This document shows positions 25,651 to 32,000 of a DNA stretch of 32,000 bases, piece after piece. Every line of letters begins with the position of its first letter. Position 1 is the stretch's first letter. The notes beneath the pieces are model-generated. The model was not told where the DNA came from. It saw nothing but the letters and a program-made list of their open reading frames with translations, and did not search any database. Source of the stretch: Haloferax volcanii DS2 (GTDB lineage Archaea; Halobacteriota; Halobacteria; Halobacteriales; Haloferacaceae); assembly GCF_000025685.1 (NCBI RefSeq), contig NC_013966.1:90001-122000 (forward strand). The letters run 5' to 3'. Made by a program: the position numbers and the translations under genes.

Positions 25651-26586
25651 GCTCTGGTGAATCACTAGACGGCGTCGGTTTCGACCGGTAGAATTTGGAA
25701 GATGAAGCGGGAAACCGTCGATGCTCTATGTCGAAAATCTCCCGCTTCACGAAGAAGGCGGTCACGTTGGCTAAAAATGTTGTTGGTGACCGAGGCGAAG
25801 TCGCCGCCCCCGAAGGGGGTGGCGGCTTCGCCGACTACGCTCTCGTATCGCTGCACTGTCTGCGGATTTACCTCGATGAGTCGTACCGCAACGCACTGGA
25901 TCTGCTGAGCGAAATGCCGCATATTCTCGCCGAGATCGGCCTCGAAGAGGGCGATCTCCCTGATCACTCGACACTAGTTAAGGCGTTTGATAGGTTTCAG
26001 ATGAAGGTCTGGCGAGTGCTGCTGCGCCTGTCGGCGCAGCTGCACGACCCCTCGGGTCACGCCGCCATCGATGCCACCTTTTTTGACCGCGAAAACGCTA
26101 GCAAGCACTACTGCCGCCGCACGAATTACCACGTTCAGACACTCAAAGCGACGGCTCTCGTCGATACGCAAACGCAAGCTGTTCTCGACGTTCATTGTAC
26201 GACCGAGAAGACCCACGACACACAACTCGGCTGGCAGGTCGCCTGCCGCAACGCAGGCGACCTGCACAGCCTCGCCGCTGACAAAGGCTACGACTGGATG
26301 CAGTTACGCGAAAAACTACGCGAGGAAGGCGTGAGACCGCTGATTAAACATCGTATCTTCCGGCCCATCGACCACGCGCATAACGCGCGGGTCGATGGGC
26401 CTCGATACCGCCAGAGATCGATGTGTGAGACTGTCTTCTCGTCGATCAAGCGCACGCACGGCGACGCCGTGCGAGCGCGAACGTGGTACCGTGAATTTCG
26501 TGAACTCGTTTTGAAATGTGTCGTTCACAATATCAAGCGTGCCGCAACATAGCCAAATCAACCGCTGTATGGCGATTCACCAGAGC
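25651..26586 (+). mobile_element. IS5-family insertion sequence, 936 bp, 10-bp target duplication CTTTGAACGG
   Basis: 13-bp perfect terminal inverted repeats: GCTCTGGTGAATC at 25651-25663 and its reverse complement at 26574-26586. CTTTGAACGG is present at 25641-25650 and 26587-26596. Confidence 0.85.
25728..26552 (+). CDS. IS5-family transposase
   Basis: From ATG 25728: MSKISRFTKKAVTLAKNVV...AIDATFFDRENASKHY...LAADKGYDW...SMCETVFSSIKRTHGD (DDE). The track start at 25695 is a short 5' extension. Confidence 0.85.
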   Translation: MSKISRFTKKAVTLAKNVVGDRGEVAAPEGGGGFADYALVSLHCLRIYLDESYRNALDLLSEMPHILAEIGLEEGDLPDHSTLVKAFDRFQMKVWRVLLRLSAQLHDPSGHAAIDATFFDRENASKHYCRRTNYHVQTLKATALVDTQTQAVLDVHCTTEKTHDTQLGWQVACRNAGDLHSLAADKGYDWMQLREKLREEGVRPLIKHRIFRPIDHAHNARVDGPRYRQRSMCETVFSSIKRTHGDAVRARTWYREFRELVLKCVVHNIKRAAT

Positions 26587-26871
26587 CTTTGAACGGTATT
26601 CAACGCCATCTCACGCGGTGCTTAACTCTCGTGTGGGAAAGTTCGTCTCAAGCCCGTTTTCAATCGCAGCAGGACGTGGCCGAATGCTACTTGCACCTCA
26701 CCAACGAGCGTCTTCGTTCAGTCGAAGTTCCGCGGCCGGGTCACGGGAGGGCGGCATACCGCGTCGTGGCTGTATCTTCCGATATAAACGTTCGTCCAGC
26801 GAGGTCACTCTGAAACCCGGCCGATGGCCAACAAACGTATATGTATTCTTAAACTAGCTGTGGGCAGCAAA

Positions 26872-27156
26872 ATGTACGATTTGACCGGGTTCCAACGAGA
26901 CCTGCTGTACGTCACCGCCGGCTTGGATGAACCACACGGACTCGCAATCAAAGACCAACTCGAGGACTACTACGAAACCGAGATCCACCACGGCCGGCTG
27001 TACCCCAATCTCGACACGCTCGTTGAGAAGGGACTGCTCGACAAAGGCGAAAAGGACCGCCGAACGAACGTCTACGCGATTACAGCTCGCGGTCGTCGAG
27101 AAATCGAAGCCCGTGACGACTGGGAACAACAGTATACCAGCGAACTGACCACCTGA
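26872..27156 (+). CDS. PadR-family transcriptional regulator
   Basis: MYDLTGFQRDLLYVTAGLDEPHGLAIKDQLEDYYETEIHHGRLYPNLDTLVEKGLLDKGEKDRRTNVYAITARGRREI is a PadR winged helix. Start set at the ATG at 26872 rather than the track start at 26824. Confidence 0.8.
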   Translation: MYDLTGFQRDLLYVTAGLDEPHGLAIKDQLEDYYETEIHHGRLYPNLDTLVEKGLLDKGEKDRRTNVYAITARGRREIEARDDWEQQYTSELTT

Positions 27157-27273
27157 CTGCTGCTACGAGACGAGTAGCTGGGATGACAGACAACTAGTGG
27201 GGGAACGTGCTGTTTAAATCGCTTAATCCGGCCAGTATCTTCTGCCACACATTACGAATACCGACTTCTCGTC

Positions 27274-27978
27274 TCACTGGTCAACTTCGGCAAACGCACG
27301 AATAGGCATTGCAGCAGTGTCTTTGGCTTTGATCGGCACAGCGAAGAATCGGAATGACTCACCACCGAGCGAATCAAGGTTGCAGAGATTCTCGACGATG
27401 AAGATCTCTTCGTCAAGGAGTCGAGTGTGGGCCGGGCGGGCGGGGTTCTGGTGGTCGTCGGCGTTTAGCGTGTCTACGCCAACCAGAGAAACATCTGCAT
27501 CGATTAGTCTCTCAATGACGGCCTCAGAGATGTATGGGTAGGATCGGTACTGCTCTGTGCCCCAGTGTTCGTCCCATCCAAAATTGAACAGGACGGCGGT
27601 ACCTGCGAGGGCAGACTCCTGGGGAAGTGCGTCAACAGTCAATTCTTCGTTGCCAGCAAGCCCACGAGCATCGACGACCGTCCCAGGAAGTACCAGCTCG
27701 CCGATGTCAAGATCACTGATGTCACGACCCTCGGGATGTCGATGATACGGTGAATCTAGATACGTTCCCATGGACGTCTGGAACCGCATTTCGGTAACCT
27801 CGAACGCGGATTTGCCTTCGTACTTCTCCCGAGACTCCTCGTGTGTGAAAAACGGATATACTTCTGCAGTGTACTCCGTGTGTGTCCCGTCATCGTTCTT
27901 TTGACGGAACCCCGGCATCCCGTCTTCGAACGTGTGACTCAAGTCGACGAACTTCATACTAGTTACCTTGTTCGACAT
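27274..27978 (-). CDS. cyclase-family protein (kynurenine/aryl formamidase-like)
   Basis: MKFVDLSHTFEDGMPGF... and ...GVDTLNADD... are typical of the putative-cyclase fold. The start may be the internal MKFVDL. Confidence 0.75.
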   Translation of the reverse strand: MSNKVTSMKFVDLSHTFEDGMPGFRQKNDDGTHTEYTAEVYPFFTHEESREKYEGKSAFEVTEMRFQTSMGTYLDSPYHRHPEGRDISDLDIGELVLPGTVVDARGLAGNEELTVDALPQESALAGTAVLFNFGWDEHWGTEQYRSYPYISEAVIERLIDADVSLVGVDTLNADDHQNPARPAHTRLLDEEIFIVENLCNLDSLGGESFRFFAVPIKAKDTAAMPIRAFAEVDQ

Positions 27979-28038
27979 TGGATACGACTCCTGCTTGGTG
28001 TTTCATTGTTTCTACAGTATCTCGGTCGCTGAAAGGTC

Positions 28039-28707
28039 TCATTGACTACTCCCAGTGTTGCTGTTCGTCTCAACGTCATGGTTCACAGCACTACCACTAT
28101 CGCTTCGGACTTCCCACAGACGACGAAACAGGATCGGGCCTAAAATCAGATAGATGACGGACGTATAGAGTCCGGGAAAGTAGCCGAACTCGCCGGTCGC
28201 GAGGATCGGATAGATGGGATGTAGAACGCCGTTTCCGATGACCCCCATAAGGGTGAAAAACCAGACGATGAGCATTGGACCCTTGATACCACGGTGGATG
28301 GCGACCGCACCGAGAGCGAACGCAGCGTATGAGACCATATTGATCTGAACGAACGTCGTGAGCTCGAACGGGGCTGCGTTGAAAACCTCAACCGGCCAGC
28401 GGGTGTAGAATTCGGTCGAAAACTCCTCGGCGAAGTGTAAGAACTGGACAGCAAATGCGATCAAGTAGACGGGGAGCACCCGACTTGGATCAGGCATTCG
28501 TTGAAAGCTCGTTAATAAATAGCACACGTATGCGAGAATAATAGCAGGAACGAACGTGGTGATCAGTGATAACCCTGGGGAGAGATAGGTAAAGGTCGCA
28601 ACCAAGATCACCGTCATCACTCCAGGAAGAATTGCGTCTCGGCTACGCAACGTGGCGGGAACGCTCTCGGACTCGCTGATTCGAACACCCATCTCAAATC
28701 TCTCCAC
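28039..28707 (-). CDS. HXXEE-domain membrane protein
   Basis: 222 aa, about 6 TM segments, with the motif LHFAEEFSTEFY (HxxEE). Confidence 0.7.
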   Translation of the reverse strand: MERFEMGVRISESESVPATLRSRDAILPGVMTVILVATFTYLSPGLSLITTFVPAIILAYVCYLLTSFQRMPDPSRVLPVYLIAFAVQFLHFAEEFSTEFYTRWPVEVFNAAPFELTTFVQINMVSYAAFALGAVAIHRGIKGPMLIVWFFTLMGVIGNGVLHPIYPILATGEFGYFPGLYTSVIYLILGPILFRRLWEVRSDSGSAVNHDVETNSNTGSSQ

Positions 28708-28836
28708 TCGTACGGTTACTTACAGATCGAGGAGATACTGCTCTCCATAACGGTCTAATATGGAACTGACGCCAACCAAGGCTTTGTCTTTTCATGAGGC
28801 AAATTATCGTTAGAGTGGAATTTGTATGTCAGCATT

Positions 28837-28863
28837 GCCTCACCTAGATAGGCTCATTTATTA
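28837..28863 (+). promoter_or_regulatory. inverted repeat (GCCT-N9-AGGC) abutting a TATA box (TTTATTA) for the HTH_10 regulator gene
   Basis: TTTATTA at 28857-28863 is centred 28 nt upstream of the ATG at 28888, which matches the spacing of a leaderless archaeal promoter. The whole block is duplicated at 30437-30463. Confidence 0.55.
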
Positions 28864-28887
28864 GTCAAAGGAAATCGGAGTAATCTC

Positions 28888-29529
28888 ATGAAGTCGATTA
28901 CGCTGGAGATCTCAGTCGAAGGCGGATTCCACCCGGCGAATCAGTTACTCGCAGCGGATCCGTCGATAATCCGTGAGTCGCTGCACCACGTTACTATTCT
29001 CAAAGATGGGACGATTATTCTGCTCTACCATCTTCGAGGCGACCTCGATCAGGTGAGAACATACCTCACGGACCACAAAGAGGTCATCTCCTGTGATGTG
29101 CCAGAGAACGGAAGTGGGCTTGTGTACATCCACGGTCGCCCACTCAAGCCGATTCGTGAATTTTTCTCTCTTGCCCGGTCACACGGAATCGTGTTCGAGA
29201 CACCCATAACACATACTGATGATGGACTCAAGATCACGATGAGCGGAGATGAACAAACGCTTCATCGTGTCATCTCGGAAATTCCATCAGATATTGAACT
29301 CACCCTCCTCAGAAAGGGAGAGCGTAAGCCAGGGGAGAATGTGATCATCTCACTATTGACTGAGCGCCAGGTAGAGGTACTCACTCTGGCAGTTGAGGAG
29401 GGATACTACGAAACACCGAGAGGAACCACTCACGAGAAGATTGCGACTCAGATTGGTGTCGCAACTACGACTGTGAGCGAGCATCTCCGAAAAGTCGAAC
29501 AACGTGTTTTCTCTGCACTCATCAGATAA
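28888..29529 (+). CDS. HTH_10 (bacterio-opsin activator-type) transcriptional regulator
   Basis: C-terminal LTERQVEVLTLAVEEGYYETPRGTTHEKIATQIGVATTTVSEHLRKVEQRVFSALI is the Bat-type HTH_10 domain. Confidence 0.8.
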   Translation: MKSITLEISVEGGFHPANQLLAADPSIIRESLHHVTILKDGTIILLYHLRGDLDQVRTYLTDHKEVISCDVPENGSGLVYIHGRPLKPIREFFSLARSHGIVFETPITHTDDGLKITMSGDEQTLHRVISEIPSDIELTLLRKGERKPGENVIISLLTERQVEVLTLAVEEGYYETPRGTTHEKIATQIGVATTTVSEHLRKVEQRVFSALIR

Positions 29530-29613
29530 CTGTATTTTCAAAAGTTCTACTGACCAATCTAGACACCCGAGAACCACACATTGCTCAAGGAGCTAACTAG
29601 AGAATCTCGATGT

Positions 29614-29874
29614 CTATCCGTACGAAATCCCCGAGAGGACAAGCATCTCCGTCCCAAATCCCGCACCAGACAGGAACTGTGTTGTCCCAAGCGAACTCAG
29701 ACCGATACCGGTGCCGACGAGCAACACCATTGCGGCCCAGTCGACAGCCCCAGGAGTGTCGCTCGGCCGCTTCTTCGTCACGGACGCGCCAACACCGGCG
29801 AACAGCGCTGCAAATCCGGCGAGGAGAGGAGGCCAAAGGGAGATGTCCTCAACAAGTACAGGGGCCTCACCGCC
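29614..29874 (-). CDS. possible unannotated small membrane ORF, or a frameshifted C-terminal extension of 29867-30403
   Basis: Open minus-strand frame ...VLVEDISLWPPLLAGFAALFAGVGASVTKKRPSDTPGAVDWAAMVLLVGTGIGLSSLGTTQFLSGAGFGTEMLVLSGISYG* with two TM-like segments. The only in-frame starts are GTG (~29781) and ATG (29730), both after the first TM segment. The + strand ORFs listed here are Arg-rich shadows. Confidence 0.3.
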   Translation of the reverse strand, partial: GGEAPVLVEDISLWPPLLAGFAALFAGVGASVTKKRPSDTPGAVDWAAMVLLVGTGIGLSSLGTTQFLSGAGFGTEMLVLSGISYG

Positions 29875-30403
29875 TCATGACGAGCGCGTACCCGACCGTT
29901 GCTGGGAGCGCGTAGATGACATGACCGAGGATACTCCAGAGCTTCTCGGGCATCGTAAGATCGGGGAACGCCGGCGTGAACGGGTAGCCGACTGCACCGA
30001 GCCAAAGCGGCATCAATAGCACCGAGAGCAGCACCGTCGAAACAGCGCCGACGACAACTGCGAGGACAACGGCTCCACGGAGCGTCCTTGGGTACTCGGT
30101 GAGTGGTTCCCATTGGACGGCGGCGACGTACATCACTGCGAGTGCGACGCCGTGGAACTGGTGAATCACCCATCCAGCGAGCAGGTCTGGCCCGGGGAGG
30201 CCGTACATCATCGGCAGGGCGAGCGCGATTAAGGGTTTGGGGTTCCCGTACTGCATCATCAGGCCAAGCGGGACGCTCCCGAGGAACCCGCCGACAGCCG
30301 CGGCAATCCATGCGAGGGCGGGAACTGCTCTGAGTCGAGTGGCGAGTACCTGTGCGTAGCCACGGCCGAGATCAGCCGTAGCCTTCGTCGTACTGGTCAT
30401 CAA
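29867..30403 (-). CDS. membrane protein of unknown function (178 aa, ~4 TM)
   Basis: Hydrophobic ORF (…ALAWIAAAVGGFLGSVPLGLMM…VVLAVVVGAVSTVLLSVLLMPLWLG…). Divergent from the decayed HTH_10 paralog. Confidence 0.7.
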   Translation of the reverse strand: MMTSTTKATADLGRGYAQVLATRLRAVPALAWIAAAVGGFLGSVPLGLMMQYGNPKPLIALALPMMYGLPGPDLLAGWVIHQFHGVALAVMYVAAVQWEPLTEYPRTLRGAVVLAVVVGAVSTVLLSVLLMPLWLGAVGYPFTPAFPDLTMPEKLWSILGHVIYALPATVGYALVMRR

Positions 30404-30436
30404 TCATAGTCCGAGTGGAGATTCCCTATCAGCGCT

Positions 30437-30463
30437 GCCTCACTCCGAGAGGCTCGTTTATTA
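30437..30463 (+). promoter_or_regulatory. second copy of the inverted repeat (GCCTC-N7-GAGGC) plus TATA (TTTATTA) block
   Basis: Same layout as 28837-28863. The TATA box is centred 24 nt upstream of the ATG at 30484. Confidence 0.5.
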
Positions 30464-30483
30464 TCTTCCAGAGAGTCCAAGCT

Positions 30484-30675
30484 ATGGAATCACTGACCCT
30501 GGAACTCGCAGTCAAAGGCAGAAACCGCCAACGGGCAATCGGTGGGTTCGTGCGAGATACACGCTCGACATGCAGCACATCCTCAACAAACGATCAGCGG
30601 CTGAGGGTTTCAACAGAGCCCACTAGACTTAGATCGTCGATTTTACCCGCCGACAAAACTGGTGGTGAACTGTGA
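30484..30675 (+). pseudogene. decayed/truncated paralog of the HTH_10 regulator gene
   Basis: MESLTLELAVKG... parallels MKSITLEISVEG... of 28888. The frame then degenerates into Arg/Ser-rich sequence; a shifted frame (…VRARYTLDMQHILNK…) looks closer to the paralog. It is cut off before any HTH_10 domain by the convergent gene ending at 30702. Confidence 0.5.
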
Positions 30676-30701
30676 GTCCAGTATAGAGTTGGAGTCGTTC
30701 A

Positions 30702-31448
30702 TCAACCGAATGCGTACATTCCCCCTAAGCGGCTCCCAATATACAGACGCCGGTTAACGACAGCTGGCGACCCTGTGATCTCAGTACCGGTGTCGAATGA
30801 CCACATCAGCTTGCCTGTCCGTGCATGGAGTTCGTATACGTACCCGTCGTAGCCGCCGAAATACACACGATTTTGGACAACAGCAGGCGACGAGACAATT
30901 CCTTGAATCGGGTGGTCACCAACGCTGAAGGCCCATTGTTCTTCACCAGTCGCTCGATCAAGTGCAAGTAGTTGGTTGTTGGTAGACCCGAGATAGATGA
31001 GCCGATCAGAGATCGCTGGTGAGTTGGTAATTGTCCCGACATAGACACGCCAACGTTCTGTTCCATCTGCTGCGTCGTAGGTCGCGAGATACGGCCAGCC
31101 ACCAACATACACAATCCCATCGACGAGGACAATGTGTCGTGGAGAGTATGGAACAGGATGAGACCACTCGACCACGCCAGTTGCTGCGTTGAGCCGAGAG
31201 ATCCGTGAATTAGATCCCCCGAAGAAAATACCCCCATCACTCATCGCAAGTGATGTGATTCCAAAGCCGGTGTCGAGACTCCAGATAGCAGCCCCATCGG
31301 CTGCTGAAACCGCGTGAATAACTCCATCCGCGTCACTGAAATACACCACCCCATCAGCAACAACTGAATCATGATTAAGTATCGCACCAGCATCGTAGCG
31401 CCAGCGTTCACTGCCAGTGGTGCTATCGAATGCATAGAAGATATGCTC
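30702..31448 (-). pseudogene. PQQ-like beta-propeller repeat protein, N-terminally truncated
   Basis: Repeated units of the type ...YAFD..TGSERWRY, ...HAVSAADGAAIWSL, ...LNAATGVVEWSH, ...YDAADGTERWRV, ...LDRATGEEQWAF, ...LHARTGKLMWSF. The frame is open without a start up to an in-frame TAG at 31449-31451, 11 nt from the IS end. Confidence 0.7.
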
Positions 31449-31462
31449 CTAATCGCCAATAT

Positions 31463-32000
31463 CAGTACTTCACAAAGCCGTTTAGTTAGAAGGTCTGCTT
31501 GCAGAAGGTGTGTCTAAAACCCAGCAAGCAGACGATGAAATCCACGAGGACCAGCTCCTTAACTTCCTCGTCAACTCTCTTGACGAGGAAGTTGCTCTCT
31601 CACTCGCTGAAAACGCTGAACTCGATGCTGAAGACATCTACGAGGTCCTCGTCGGCGCCTGCGCCGACGGGACCTCGGTCTCAACGCTCTGTGAGAGAAG
31701 CGAAGATGCACCCCACGAAAACTCCGTTCTCTACCATCTCCGCACTAAATTCGATCTAGAAACGCTCGAACAGGTTGGCAACATGCTCCTCCAGAAAGAC
31801 GTTCTCGACGTCCTTCCCCAGCAGGTGGAGGTCTGCGCAGACCTCCACCTGCGGCCCTACTATGGTGACGAAGACGACACGGACGGCCTGTATCACTCAC
31901 AAGCGAAGCGTGGAACCACCGCGTTCCACGCCTACGCGACGCTGTACGCACGCGTGAAGAACAAACGCTACACGCTGGCGGTGCGCCGTCTCGAAGACGG
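31463..32000 (+). mobile_element. second ISH3-family IS copy (partial, runs off the window), inverted relative to the first
   Basis: Terminal repeat CAGTACTTCACAAAGC at 31463-31478, one mismatch to copy 1. By hand alignment there are 30 mismatches and no indels over the visible 538 nt against the reverse complement of 21590-22127. Confidence 0.9.
31510..32000 (+). CDS. ISH3-family transposase (partial, 5' part)
   Basis: GTG start at 31510: (M)SKTQQADDEIHEDQLLNFLVNSLDEEVALSLAENAELDAEDIYEVLVGACADGTSVSTLCERSEDAPHENSVLYHL... Not in the track because there is no stop before the window end. Confidence 0.85.
   Translation, partial: MSKTQQADDEIHEDQLLNFLVNSLDEEVALSLAENAELDAEDIYEVLVGACADGTSVSTLCERSEDAPHENSVLYHLRTKFDLETLEQVGNMLLQKDVLDVLPQQVEVCADLHLRPYYGDEDDTDGLYHSQAKRGTTAFHAYATLYARVKNKRYTLAVRRLED

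Noticed and set aside
29581-30019. Three overlapping + strand ORFs (29581-29880, 29610-29915, 29711-30019), plus the minus-strand 29778-30311
   Set aside because: Extremely Arg/Pro/Ser-rich. They are alternative or antisense frames of minus-strand membrane-protein coding sequence.
1-32000. Search for tRNA/rRNA genes, CRISPR arrays and integrase genes
   Set aside because: By eye I found no tRNA-like T-arm/acceptor pattern, no regularly spaced short repeats and no tyrosine or serine recombinase ORF. This is a visual scan only; tRNAscan-SE and Infernal would be decisive.

Overview
GC-rich sequence with acidic predicted proteins and ISH-type insertion sequences, so almost certainly a haloarchaeal (Halobacteria) replicon, probably an accessory or megaplasmid region. 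All family calls are by eye from the translations; no searches were run.

Left half (1-14.9 kb): an orderly catabolic cluster.
- Minus strand: FAD-linked oxidase (partial), a 59-aa zinc-ribbon ORF missing from the track, and gentisate 1,2-dioxygenase.
- Two membrane transporters.
- An IclR regulator divergent from an acyl-CoA dehydrogenase.
- An amidohydrolase_2 enzyme, a second acyl-CoA dehydrogenase, a fused 3-hydroxyacyl-CoA dehydrogenase/enoyl-CoA hydratase and an AMP-forming acyl-CoA ligase.

Right half (15-32 kb): a mosaic mobile region.
- A truncated TFB gene.
- An IS630-family IS with TA duplication and an A7 slippery run.
- A co-directional minus-strand cassette of small zinc-binding or unknown ORFs plus an ArdC-like protein.
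- An ISH3-family IS cleanly splitting a Tat-lipoprotein gene (5-bp duplication).
- A putative toxin-antitoxin-like pair.
- IS4- and IS5-family elements inserted 23 bp apart, each with its own duplication.
- PadR, cyclase, membrane-protein and HTH_10 regulator genes, including a decayed duplicate.
- A truncated PQQ-like propeller gene.
- A second, inverted ISH3 copy running off the window.

Main lead: every gene boundary of the 17-20.3 kb cassette, and the TFB fragment, carries the same strand-specific motif. It is an oligo-T run followed by a GCGCCC...GGGTGCG hairpin that folds better on the coding strand. No standard feature type I know explains it.
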